From: an uncultured Pseudomonadales bacterium
Lineage (GTDB): Bacteria; Patescibacteriota; Microgenomatia; UBA1400; PJMF01
Assembly (NCBI GenBank): GCA_964620965.1
Contig: CAZUHV010000001.1
Coordinates: 20,839-82,061 of the forward strand
DNA: 61,223 bases
Direction: 5' to 3'
The notes under the pieces are model-generated. The model did no database searches. It was given only the letters and a program-made list of their open reading frames with translations, and was not told where the DNA came from. Positions 48,573 to 57,696 of this stretch are shown here, piece by piece. The position numbers and the translations under genes are program-made. Within the stretch, counting starts at the first letter, position 1; each line of letters begins with the position of its first letter.

Positions 48573-49156
48573 TTTGAAAATACTCCATAATAACATTGTG
48601 CATCAAACATATATGGTTCATTGACTCTTTCAGTCATTCCAGTACCTCCTAACCAACTATCTAATTTTTCTTTTGTTAAAACATGTGGATGAAGATCATC
48701 GCTTGGTACATCAATCCACTCAAAAATACGTACTGTTTTAGCTATTCTTCTTGCTTTATGAATAATAAGCTCAGGATCTATAGTGTGTTGTAATACGTTG
48801 TAAATAAGTGCTTCATCGAAACTTTGGTTTGTGTCAATTTCTTCGCCACCACATGAAATAGTCTCTATACCAACTGATTTATATCTATCAATGACCCATG
48901 AGGGGAAAGTATCCATTAGTGGGTCAACAGCAACCGCTTTTGAGTAGTTGTGAGATTTAAAAAGAAGAGAAGTGGGGCCAGCGCCAATATCGATTACTGA
49001 TTTGCCCATAAAATCTATTGATGAAAGTGGATAGTCTAAAAATGGAAGTTTCATTCTGGTTGCATAGAAGAATTGTTTTGTTTCTTCTACATATGTTTTA
49101 GTGCAAGTATTCCAAAAATTAGCCTCAGCGTTTTGTGCTGTATCCCATTTGTTCAT
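48569..49156 (-). CDS. Class I SAM-dependent methyltransferase
   Basis: VIDIGAGP, AVDP and FDEALIYNVLQH motifs. Confidence 0.88.
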   Translation of the reverse strand: MNKWDTAQNAEANFWNTCTKTYVEETKQFFYATRMKLPFLDYPLSSIDFMGKSVIDIGAGPTSLLFKSHNYSKAVAVDPLMDTFPSWVIDRYKSVGIETISCGGEEIDTNQSFDEALIYNVLQHTIDPELIIHKARRIAKTVRIFEWIDVPSDDLHPHVLTKEKLDSWLGGTGMTERVNEPYMFDAQCYYGVFSK

Positions 49157-49183
49157 ACAATTCCCTTTATTCTAGAAACTCAT

Positions 49184-49207
49184 CACTGTCCCCATAAAGG
49201 GACAGTG
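49184..49207. terminator. Stable hairpin after the capsid genes (terminator or RNA-stability element)
   Basis: CACTGTCCC-CATAAA-GGGACAGTG, 9-bp perfect stem. No clear U-tract. Confidence 0.45.
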
Positions 49208-49219
49208 TGAATTTCCAAA

Positions 49220-49690
49220 CTAGTATGAGCCAGATGCTCTGTCTACATGTGGATATGAAAGTTCAACTGCTGTTAGAGAACCAGTAACTGTGTTACCATC
49301 TCCACTTGCAGTGTACATTCCATGAATTAAAGCACCAGTAACTACTGTTGCGGTCAATTGACCTGTAACTGTAGAACCATAAACTCTAACTCCACCAGTT
49401 GCAACTACCTTAGCAGAACCATGTCCGTAGATCTGGTACCAGCCAAATTTGTCAGCGACTGTTGCAGCCATTGCAATAGCTACTGCACCAACTCCAGAAC
49501 CTGCCAATCGAGTTGTCTCCCCACTTTCATTAAAGATAACTGGGTCGCCTGCGACTGTTGATGCTACACCTTCTAAGAAGATATATTCATTTCCTGTTGT
49601 TGGATCTTCCCATCTTTCTCCAACTACAGGCATATCTTCGCCTGCTGAAAAAATACGAGTAAGATCAAAACTAATGTATCTTTGTGGCAT
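49220..49690 (-). CDS. Putative capsid decoration/cement protein
   Basis: Immediately after the major capsid gene; GNEYIFL...GAVAIAMAA...FGWYQIYG. Confidence 0.55.
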   Translation of the reverse strand: MPQRYISFDLTRIFSAGEDMPVVGERWEDPTTGNEYIFLEGVASTVAGDPVIFNESGETTRLAGSGVGAVAIAMAATVADKFGWYQIYGHGSAKVVATGGVRVYGSTVTGQLTATVVTGALIHGMYTASGDGNTVTGSLTAVELSYPHVDRASGSY

Positions 49691-49711
49691 ATATGTATTC
49701 CTTTCTTATAT

Positions 49712-50653
49712 TTAAACTGTTTTACCTGTTAATTTACCGAGTTTTCGGCGGTTATCAGTAACAAGAGCCATTGTGGATAAGATGAATTGTTCATAAACCA
49801 TTTGACCTTGTACTTTTTCCATTGGTAAAACATCAAAGTTTGCATCTCTGTGTTGAATTAGTTTCAATGCTTTAGAAATTGCATATACTTCTCCACTTGG
49901 GACAAACCTGTTGTAAACAACTGGAATACCTCTAAAACCAAGAGCAGTAAACCCTGCGTCACCAAGACGTTTCATTTCTTTAGTGGTTGTGGTGTTGTAC
50001 TGAACTGTAGCGGTTAAGAGTGATTCATACTTTGCGTGAAGTGCTACTGGCATTTCAATCAAAGAAACACTATCTCCTGGCAGTGAATCAATGTCATTGA
50101 CCATGTCACGAATGTGAGCAACAGTTAATGCTGTTGAGGTAGCTTCAACGTAAGATCTCCAGAATGTTTCACTTGTTCCTGAAATATCTCCAACAGTACC
50201 TGTTGCTGCAATTAATGATTGCATACCAACAACGGCACCTGTTCCACCTGCACCAGTGTGAAGATCTGTCTCAATTGTTTCCTTAAGAGTTCTCTCAGCC
50301 TGCATAATTTTGGCTTTGATTAATTTCTTAACTGCAAACTCGCCATTATTTTTGAGTTCGTCGTCTTTTGAGATAGACACACCTGCATAGTAGTTGACCC
50401 AGTCATAAGTTGCTGCATCAATACCCTCTTGGTATGGGTTAGTAATCGTTGAAGTACCAGAATATGTACCAACAGCGGTGCTATTACCATATTGCAAAGG
50501 CATAACGACTTCACGTCCACCCTCTTCTACTTGTACCATTCCATTTGCTTTCATGTGGTTCAAAAGAACAATGTCTCTTCCCACGTTGTCAGCAAAGGTT
50601 TTTTGATAGTTTTGCAGTGTAGTTGCTGCTAACTGTCCAATGTTAATTGGCAT
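49712..50653 (-). CDS. Major capsid protein (HK97 fold)
   Basis: 313 aa after the scaffold; ATTL.NY..TFADN N-terminus and GFTAL.FRGIPVVYNRF. Confidence 0.75.
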   Translation of the reverse strand: MPINIGQLAATTLQNYQKTFADNVGRDIVLLNHMKANGMVQVEEGGREVVMPLQYGNSTAVGTYSGTSTITNPYQEGIDAATYDWVNYYAGVSISKDDELKNNGEFAVKKLIKAKIMQAERTLKETIETDLHTGAGGTGAVVGMQSLIAATGTVGDISGTSETFWRSYVEATSTALTVAHIRDMVNDIDSLPGDSVSLIEMPVALHAKYESLLTATVQYNTTTTKEMKRLGDAGFTALGFRGIPVVYNRFVPSGEVYAISKALKLIQHRDANFDVLPMEKVQGQMVYEQFILSTMALVTDNRRKLGKLTGKTV

Positions 50654-50664
50654 TTTTTCCTTTT

Positions 50665-51468
50665 CTAATTAGAAAAAGCGTTGTCTAAAGCTTCATCAAG
50701 ACTCATTTTTCCAGTTGGTTTACTTGGAGCTTTTGAACTCTTTACACCCATCGGGGCGTTTCTTTTAACACTCTTAAAAGCGTCTTGAGTCTTTTTTGTA
50801 GCAATACCCTTAGCTTTCTCTTCTAATTTAAGTTCGTATTCTTCTACTAATTCCCTAGTCTTGGATTGATAATCAAAACCAATAGCTGTACCGTTTTCTT
50901 CTTGATATTCAGACAGAGCTTTATCGAGTTTTGTCCCGATAGCGTTCCTCATGTCTTCATCATAAGCAAGTGACTCTGGGTTTAACCTTTCATCAGTCGC
51001 CTCAAATTCAAGTACTGCCTTATCCAAATACTTTTGTTCCTGATCTTCCAATATCTTTTGTTGGTGTGCACTTATCTTCTCTTCCACTTGTGAAAGCATA
51101 TAAGCGGTATACTCATCAACCGACATGTTTGATAGATCAACTTGATCTTTTACAGGTTGTTGTACTTGTTTCTGCTCCTGAGGTGCTTCTGGCTCTTGAG
51201 TCGCTTGTTGACGTTGCTCAAGTTCCTTTCTCATTTGGGCTAACGATTGTGTCTTTTTCGTATAATCACGAAGTAAAGATTTATGCATTGCCTGTAACTC
51301 TGGAGGCAGAGTTTTTGGATCAATCCTTGTATAGGATTCTTCCTCTTGTTGTGGTTCAGCTTCGTTGCTCTCTTGAGTCTCAGCTTGTACCTCTTCTTGA
51401 GGGTCTTCTGTTACAGATACATTATCCATAACTTCATCTAGTGTTTGAGGCTGTTTTGGTTCTTCCAT
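50665..51468 (-). CDS. Putative scaffolding protein
   Basis: Acidic, Q/E-rich and helical, between portal and capsid. AAAGGAG SD before ATG 51468. Confidence 0.65.
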   Translation of the reverse strand: MEEPKQPQTLDEVMDNVSVTEDPQEEVQAETQESNEAEPQQEEESYTRIDPKTLPPELQAMHKSLLRDYTKKTQSLAQMRKELEQRQQATQEPEAPQEQKQVQQPVKDQVDLSNMSVDEYTAYMLSQVEEKISAHQQKILEDQEQKYLDKAVLEFEATDERLNPESLAYDEDMRNAIGTKLDKALSEYQEENGTAIGFDYQSKTRELVEEYELKLEEKAKGIATKKTQDAFKSVKRNAPMGVKSSKAPSKPTGKMSLDEALDNAFSN

Positions 51469-51551
51469 TACAGGTACTCCTTTCAAAATAAAGACTTCCT
51501 GATTATTCAGGTGTGGTCTAACTTTGATTCTAGGTATTTAATTAAAAAATG

Positions 51552-51827
51552 TTACTTTATGGGGATTTTGATAAATTTACCGTCTTTTAATACATCTATT
51601 CCAACAATAAAGTTTTTAATAACTCCACAATGCTTGCAAGTAGCCTCTCTTCTAGGAGAATTAGTTATTTCAAAATAACAGTGTCCAGGTTCACACGATT
51701 GCCAGAATGTCTTAAGCTCATGTTCTCTTAAAGAAGAAACACCATCAACTTCATATACTTCCCAAAGTCCTTTAACTTCTTCTGAAGCATTTTCTGGTGC
51801 TACATTTCCTTTATATTCCAGTGTCAT
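51552..51827 (-). CDS. Small Cys/His phage protein
   Basis: C...HC...CKHC. Confidence 0.55.
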   Translation of the reverse strand: MTLEYKGNVAPENASEEVKGLWEVYEVDGVSSLREHELKTFWQSCEPGHCYFEITNSPRREATCKHCGVIKNFIVGIDVLKDGKFIKIPIK

Positions 51828-53613
51828 GTGCTTGTGTCATTGGGTTAGCTTGTACCATTGATTGATTTGATGCAGGTTGCATGTCTGATTCACTTTCTGG
51901 CATAGTTTGTGCTAAATCAGACTCAAGAACGATTGTCCCTGATTCATCAGCAATATAAATTTGACCATCTTCTCCTTGAAACCTCATTCCTGGTTGAACA
52001 TTTGACTGCCTAACGTATTGATCTGGGTTTTTTTCGTCAAAACCATCTCTGAGCATCTTCTTAAACACTTTCTCCCTATCAACTAATGGATCATCTTTAA
52101 CCTTATCGTACATAGCGATAGATTGTTGTCTAATAACATCTTTATTAACACTCATATTTTCAAAGTTAATTGAAATATCTGTATCAAAGTTAATATCTAT
52201 AAAATCTTCCGGAGCAATCTCAACATCTTCTGGATTATTATTTTCGTCAGTAATTGTTTGTACCTTAGATTCTTTCCACTCAGCTTGTGCATACTTATAC
52301 ATTTTGATGATAATTTGTCTCAAAAAGTCAAAATACTTTTCTTTTGCAACTTTTACACGTTTCTCATTGCTATCTTGAATAGCAGTCTGACCCGTTGCAG
52401 TATTCAAAGTATGCGTTTGTTGCATCTTTGAAATATCCATAAGCCCTGAATTAGTCTGAATATTTGACTGGTTTTGTCCCTGCATAGCAGATATTGCACC
52501 ATTTGAGCTTGGAGGAGATAAATATTGAGGCATTTTCTCTTTGTAAGCAATAACTGGGTTATCTCTCTGCATCAATTGTTTTGGATCTGTACCAGAGTCT
52601 TTTAAATCAATCGCTAATTTTGGAAATGACAATAAGTCTGCATACCTAATCAGTTGACCAGTTCTTATTGACTCCTGTTTTTGTTCTTCTTCAAGCTGTC
52701 TGCCTAAACCAAACCCAAAAAACTTTTTAGGTAAAGCAAACCATCTACCTAAAGCACAGCTTGGTTCTTCAATTGGAGATTTATAAACATCCAGTATCTC
52801 TTTTTTTGTAAAAACAACGTAATAGAAACTATCATCTTCAACGTCTTTAACCTCTTCATCAACTTCAAGAGGTTGTTCTGACTTACTCTGAGCATACTCA
52901 AACAGATCTTTTTTTGAAAGCCTACCTGCGTAGTAGTAGATACCACATCTCATCAATTCTCCCTTAATATTCTCTTTTTCTGATTCGATATCATCAGACA
53001 AAATAGATTCATCAGCTTCAATCTCTTTATTGAAGGTATCTAAAACTTGTGATTTAGTCATTTTCTTCTTGCGAAAATATGAAACTTCTCTAGCATCAGG
53101 ACTAAATTCACTATCTGGCATAAACCACTCGTTTTCATAGTCATAAACCTCTAAAATTGGATCATCATATATATATCTTGTATATTCAACTCCGTCATCT
53201 CCTATAGCTGTTTCAGTCTGTTGTTTATATCCAACGTGACCAGAAGTAAAACCACATAAACCAAAATAGGTAAATGTCTCATCCATAAACTGCTTAAAAT
53301 TAGTTATATCTTTAAGATATTCCCATGTAGCAGTTATTTTCTTTGCTTTTTCTTCATCTTCTTTTCCTTTTTTGGTATACATAACCTCAGGAGGTTTTTC
53401 AAAGAAAGAAGATCTGTATTTTTCAACATTATCAAAAATGACTTTTGAGGTGTATTGATATCTTGGGTCTCTCTCAATAATCTCTTCAATTGTTTTTGGC
53501 TTTGGTGTCTCAGCATGATAACCTTCAATCCACTTTTTAACATCGGCTTGATGTTCTTTTGTGAATCTTTGAGCTATCTCGAGTTTTGCAAGTAAATTTT
53601 TGTGTAATGACAT
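51811..53613 (-). CDS. Portal protein (P22-like)
   Basis: 600 aa downstream of the terminase; FFGFGLGRQL, TATGQTAIQ and helical content. Confidence 0.72.
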   Translation of the reverse strand: MSLHKNLLAKLEIAQRFTKEHQADVKKWIEGYHAETPKPKTIEEIIERDPRYQYTSKVIFDNVEKYRSSFFEKPPEVMYTKKGKEDEEKAKKITATWEYLKDITNFKQFMDETFTYFGLCGFTSGHVGYKQQTETAIGDDGVEYTRYIYDDPILEVYDYENEWFMPDSEFSPDAREVSYFRKKKMTKSQVLDTFNKEIEADESILSDDIESEKENIKGELMRCGIYYYAGRLSKKDLFEYAQSKSEQPLEVDEEVKDVEDDSFYYVVFTKKEILDVYKSPIEEPSCALGRWFALPKKFFGFGLGRQLEEEQKQESIRTGQLIRYADLLSFPKLAIDLKDSGTDPKQLMQRDNPVIAYKEKMPQYLSPPSSNGAISAMQGQNQSNIQTNSGLMDISKMQQTHTLNTATGQTAIQDSNEKRVKVAKEKYFDFLRQIIIKMYKYAQAEWKESKVQTITDENNNPEDVEIAPEDFIDINFDTDISINFENMSVNKDVIRQQSIAMYDKVKDDPLVDREKVFKKMLRDGFDEKNPDQYVRQSNVQPGMRFQGEDGQIYIADESGTIVLESDLAQTMPESESDMQPASNQSMVQANPMTQAHDTGI

Positions 53614-53646
53614 ATATAGCCAGACTAACGAAAAAATAAATTATTG

Positions 53647-53904
53647 TTACTCAAACAAAGATCTGTCTATTTTTGCAGTTTCTAAAACTGCTTTAATTTT
53701 TTTAGATCTCTCCCATATTGTTTTTCTATGCAATCCAGTTGCTACAGAAGTAGTTTCAACAGAATTTCCCATGTCAAACATAAAAGCAACAATAAACTTA
53801 TCTATTGGATCTGGTATTAACCCATAAATATTTGCATAAGCAAATCTAATTATTTTTCGCTCTATTGCTGTTGCATCCTCAGGCAGTTGAAGCGGATGTT
53901 TCAT
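53647..53904 (-). CDS. HTH (sigma70 region 4-like) protein
   Basis: NSVETTSVATGLHRKTIWER. Confidence 0.6.
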   Translation of the reverse strand: MKHPLQLPEDATAIERKIIRFAYANIYGLIPDPIDKFIVAFMFDMGNSVETTSVATGLHRKTIWERSKKIKAVLETAKIDRSLFE

Positions 53905-54373
53905 TTTGTTTCTCCTTTATAATTTCTTTTACTATCTCCTTAGCAACTTTTTCTTCTGGTGTTATTGCTGACAAACTATTAATTGACTGTTTTAGTTCTT
54001 TATCAGCCTGTTTTTTTGCTTCCTGCTTCATTTCATCTAGTTGCAACCCAAGTAATCTATTGAGGCGTATCTTGTTCTTTTCGTATGCTTTGAGGAATCC
54101 AGTAAAATATTTATGTTTTAATTTAGAATGTGAATCTGTTTCGTGTAGATCACATATCCAAACACTATCAAAATAAACTTCACAAACAAATGGAGCTTTA
54201 CCCTCTTTTTGTAACCATACACTTTCATCCTCTTTTGCATTAAATTGTTCTGTATCAAGCTTTACGGTAATTCTTTCTAGTAATTCCAGGTCTGTAATAC
54301 CAAATGAAGCCATATCTGATTTAATATTTTCAATTACCTGTCTTTTTATTTGTGTATTTTGTGATGCTTTCAT
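53879..54373 (-). CDS. Hypothetical phage protein
   Basis: ORF coupled to the terminase stop. Start is ATG 54373 or GTG 54379. Confidence 0.6.
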   Translation of the reverse strand: MKASQNTQIKRQVIENIKSDMASFGITDLELLERITVKLDTEQFNAKEDESVWLQKEGKAPFVCEVYFDSVWICDLHETDSHSKLKHKYFTGFLKAYEKNKIRLNRLLGLQLDEMKQEAKKQADKELKQSINSLSAITPEEKVAKEIVKEIIKEKQNETSASTA

Positions 54374-55746
54374 CGCCACCCCTTCATACCCTTTTTTTGG
54401 GCTTGTAATTTATCTAGTAATACTTGACCTTTGTTTGGCTCGCTAATAACTTGTTTTTTGTTGGGGAAGGTCCAAGAACGTATTGCGTAACGCAAAGCGT
54501 CATATAAATCATCGCCACCAACACCGTCTATTGCATTTTGCTTAATAACATCTTCTGGATTATTTGGATCTATTTGTTGTTCTGCGATGCAGTCATAGAC
54601 ATCCTTACTGTTTCTGAAAAACCTTAAGTGAGGTACACCATTTGGTTTAAGAGAGAACACTTTCCTTAGCTCAGCAATACCATTTACGTGGTCAATGCCT
54701 GCTCTGACTATTGCGTGTCTACTCTTGGAAAATCCTGCATCAAGCAGTTGATCCTCAATTGTTCTTGCGTTGCCCTGCCTCTTATCAAAAATATCGTGAC
54801 CTGCGTAGATAATTACTGGCCCTTTGTTTTCAAGCATTTTGAGCATCTTTTCAGCCTGAACATCTACATCAATAAACCTCTCTTTAATATGAGAAACTAC
54901 AAAATATTCTCCGTCTGGAGTTAGTCCACAAAGAACAAATGCAAATGGATGATTATATCCATAGTCATATCCTGCAAAATACTGGGTTCCAACAGGCAAT
55001 TTAATTGGTTCTATGACGTGTATTGCTTCACGAAGCATAGTAAACATCTGACCTGCAAAAATTGTCCAGTCTCCATCTAGATATGCTTTTCTTAGGTGTT
55101 CGGGAAGATCTTGCAAACGCTTGATATATTCAGGGTCTGCATCCATTAAAGCTTTATTATCTTGTACAAAAGCCTGAATAAAACTGAAATCGTCAGGATT
55201 TTCATGTTCCGTGAAATTACGATCTACAAAAATACGTTTAACCCAAGAATGTCCTATACCACCAGGATTACCTGTTAAGAAAACAGTTGGATTTATACCT
55301 GATTGTGAAGTACGAAGAGAAGAACGCAGTGTTTTAAAAACCTCTTCTTCGTGTTGAGTTATTTCATCGACAGAAATATCTTGATACTCACGACCCTGAT
55401 ACGTGTAAACATCATCTGTGTTTTTAAGATAAGAAAACTCTGTAGTTGACCCATTTGGATAGTAAATTATTTTATCTGATTTGTTGTACCATTTTTTAAG
55501 AATTGGGTACTCTTGAAACATCTTTAAGATGTGATTTGCTCTAAGTTCTGGATAAGTCCGCCTAACAATAAGCCCCTGTGAATTAGGATATTTTAATCTT
55601 CTAGCTATCTCACGACATCTAACCAGCCAAGACTTACCACCACCCTTTGCTCCACCATAAAAAAGAACAGGAGTAGTAAGCGAGCGTTTAAGTGCTAGCT
55701 TTTGCTTCTCCTGAATAGATGAAAAGTCAAATATTGTCTTTTCCAT
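54370..55746 (-). CDS. terL: Terminase large subunit
   Basis: GGAKGGGKS (Walker A), VDEIT (Walker B), TGNPGG..WVK, GYDYG and DDLYDALRY. Confidence 0.95.
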   Translation of the reverse strand: MEKTIFDFSSIQEKQKLALKRSLTTPVLFYGGAKGGGKSWLVRCREIARRLKYPNSQGLIVRRTYPELRANHILKMFQEYPILKKWYNKSDKIIYYPNGSTTEFSYLKNTDDVYTYQGREYQDISVDEITQHEEEVFKTLRSSLRTSQSGINPTVFLTGNPGGIGHSWVKRIFVDRNFTEHENPDDFSFIQAFVQDNKALMDADPEYIKRLQDLPEHLRKAYLDGDWTIFAGQMFTMLREAIHVIEPIKLPVGTQYFAGYDYGYNHPFAFVLCGLTPDGEYFVVSHIKERFIDVDVQAEKMLKMLENKGPVIIYAGHDIFDKRQGNARTIEDQLLDAGFSKSRHAIVRAGIDHVNGIAELRKVFSLKPNGVPHLRFFRNSKDVYDCIAEQQIDPNNPEDVIKQNAIDGVGGDDLYDALRYAIRSWTFPNKKQVISEPNKGQVLLDKLQAQKKGMKGWR

Positions 55747-55783
55747 CAGGGAGGCTCTAGAGCGGTGACGCCTCCCCCTGATG
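55744..55783 (-). promoter_or_regulatory. GC-rich hairpin occluding the terL start codon
   Basis: On the minus strand CATCAGGG(GG)AGGC pairs with GCCTCCCTGATG, whose ATG is the terL start. Confidence 0.6.
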
Positions 55784-55788
55784 ATGCT

Positions 55789-56007
55789 CTAGACTGACTT
55801 GGCTTCTTCTATTGGTATATCCATAAACATTAATTCAGATATTTTTGGTGGATCTTTCAATAAGCTTCTAAATTTACTTAATGTATTAAAATCCATTTCT
55901 ATTACATCTGGGTATGTACCATTGTGAATGGTGTATTGAGATAAGTTATACTTCAGGTCTGCTATTGTAGGTTGATTAAGATAATAAAAGAAAACCTTTT
56001 TTATCAT
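55789..56007 (-). CDS. Hypothetical phage protein
   Basis: 72 aa between the putative terS and terL. Confidence 0.55.
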   Translation of the reverse strand: MIKKVFFYYLNQPTIADLKYNLSQYTIHNGTYPDVIEMDFNTLSKFRSLLKDPPKISELMFMDIPIEEAKSV

Positions 56008-56339
56008 TTCAAATTCTCCAGTCCTTTCACTTCAATACTCATAGTTACATCTAGTTTTTCTGCTTCAAAATCCATTCCTTGCTCTTTCAGCCTTTGCTCT
56101 GGATCTGATCTATTCTTCCACTTAACCAAATCTTTTTTAACTGATTCTTGGCGTAATTTTTTAACTTCGTCTCTATTTTTCCATTTTGCAACTGTCTCTC
56201 TATCAAGACCACAAACATCGGCGATGAATGAGTTGTTTTTCCATAAGCCACCTGCGATTAACGACAAAAATACCCCGTATTCGTGTTCTTTATAAACTTG
56301 AGGATCTTCTGCTGGTTTTGTTGGTTTCTTTTTTGTCAT
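56004..56339 (-). CDS. Putative terminase small subunit (HTH)
   Basis: FIADVCGLDRETVAKWK HTH, upstream of terL. Confidence 0.55.
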   Translation of the reverse strand: MTKKKPTKPAEDPQVYKEHEYGVFLSLIAGGLWKNNSFIADVCGLDRETVAKWKNRDEVKKLRQESVKKDLVKWKNRSDPEQRLKEQGMDFEAEKLDVTMSIEVKGLENLK

Positions 56340-56341
56340 AA

Positions 56342-56491
56342 TTATTCCTCTTCTTCAACCTTTTCAATCACTTCATGTCTTTCAACTACTAATTCTTTAT
56401 ATTTATATTCATGCAGGTTGTTTATTACAACTTCTGGATCAATATTTTCTGGGACATCTATTATTATTGTATTAGTGTATTTAAACTTCAT
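56342..56491 (-). CDS. Small hypothetical protein (49 aa; not in ORF track)
   Basis: MKFKYTNTIIIDVPENIDPE...EEEE, with an AAGGA SD. Confidence 0.55.
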   Translation of the reverse strand: MKFKYTNTIIIDVPENIDPEVVINNLHEYKYKELVVERHEVIEKVEEEE

Positions 56492-56493
56492 AA

Positions 56494-56664
56494 CTATTCC
56501 TTAACTTCAATCTGAAATTCTTCTTCAAAATACTTTTCTATTAGTTCTGCAAACTGTTTTGGAGTCATGTACACATCCAACACTATTTGAGAGTGCTGTT
56601 GACTCATTACTTTGCTTTTGATAATGTCTGATGTTGATCTGGAAAGAATTGCTCTAAATTTCAC
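56494..56664 (-). CDS. Small hypothetical protein (56 aa; not in ORF track)
   Basis: GTG start, KFRAILSRST...FQIEVKE. GGAG SD lies inside the upstream hairpin. Confidence 0.5.
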   Translation of the reverse strand: MKFRAILSRSTSDIIKSKVMSQQHSQIVLDVYMTPKQFAELIEKYFEEEFQIEVKE

Positions 56665-56694
56665 AAAAAAAGCTCCACTAAATACAGTTGGAGC
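56665..56694 (-). terminator. Intrinsic terminator ending the early/middle genes
   Basis: Minus strand GCTCCA-N11-TGGAGC-TTTTTTT. Confidence 0.65.
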
Positions 56695-56744
56695 ATGTGA
56701 TTATATATAGCAGGAAATAGTGGTAGTTGTCAATGGGTTAGTAG

Positions 56745-56882
56745 CTATTCCATTTCGTTTAATACTTGTTTAAATACTCTTATATTATTTATATTTTGCT
56801 CTAATTCTCTTAATTTAAATGGTGTTTTATATACCTTATTATTTCTATCACTCATTTGTTCAATTGTTATTTGTTGTTTCAT
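56745..56882 (-). CDS. Small hypothetical protein (45 aa; not in ORF track)
   Basis: MKQQITIEQMSDRN...LNEME, with an AAGGA SD. Confidence 0.45.
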   Translation of the reverse strand: MKQQITIEQMSDRNNKVYKTPFKLRELEQNINNIRVFKQVLNEME

Positions 56883-57428
56883 TTATTCCTTTAATAACTT
56901 ATTAACTACTTCTTGCAATTCTATGATTAACCTTCTGTTTTCAACAATATCAATATCATTTTCAAATAGTTCTTCTGCAATCTCTATCTCTTGCTTTTCT
57001 GGTTGTTTGAGTGCCACGCCTATTTCTTCTGTTATGTCCTGAACTGACTCAACTCCATTTATTAGTGATATGTCTGATATAATTTTGTTAAACTCTCCGT
57101 TTATTTTTATTTCAAATATTATAGTTTTATTTTGCTTTTCTACTAATGCAGTTCCATGTGTTGCTTCACAAGTATGACCAGGAGAACCACCATCTTTTCC
57201 CGCTAATTCTGGGTTACATCCAATACATTGCTTTTCTGGTTGTTTGAGTTGTTGTGCAAACTCAGCAATTTCATTAAGTAGTGGTAAATCCTGTTCTGAA
57301 AAGTTATTGTAAAACTTATCAAAAATTACATCTCTTATAGTTCTATCTTCATAATCACTTATAGTTTTACCTACTTCGCTTTGTGGTCTAGCCATATATT
57401 TTTTGATAGTTCTATCTTGTGTTTTCAT
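56883..57428 (-). CDS. Hypothetical phage protein with an internal 22-nt duplication
   Basis: LKQPEKQ occurs twice; CxxC...HxC motif. Confidence 0.6.
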   Translation of the reverse strand: MKTQDRTIKKYMARPQSEVGKTISDYEDRTIRDVIFDKFYNNFSEQDLPLLNEIAEFAQQLKQPEKQCIGCNPELAGKDGGSPGHTCEATHGTALVEKQNKTIIFEIKINGEFNKIISDISLINGVESVQDITEEIGVALKQPEKQEIEIAEELFENDIDIVENRRLIIELQEVVNKLLKE

Positions 57429-57431
57429 AAT

Positions 57432-57671
57432 TTATTCCTCAAAAACTGGTAGTTTAATATCTATTTTTGCCTTACCCATTTCAACAGCATTTCCATTACA
57501 AAAATGAGCTTCACTTCTTTCCATAATAGCCACTAAGGATTCAAGAGAAGTAATTGCTTGAACAATAGCTCTTTTATACATTGGGTTTGGAACTTGGCTT
57601 TCTGCATAACTTAATTTATAAACAAGTTGAGTTAATTCACTTGCTTTTATGTAGTCTTTTTTTGTTTTCAT
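57432..57671 (-). CDS. Hypothetical phage protein
   Basis: ATG 57671 with an AAAGGA SD (MKTKKDY...). Confidence 0.55.
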   Translation of the reverse strand: MKTKKDYIKASELTQLVYKLSYAESQVPNPMYKRAIVQAITSLESLVAIMERSEAHFCNGNAVEMGKAKIDIKLPVFEE

Positions 57672-57696
57672 ATATCCTTTAGTTATTTGGTTTTCT

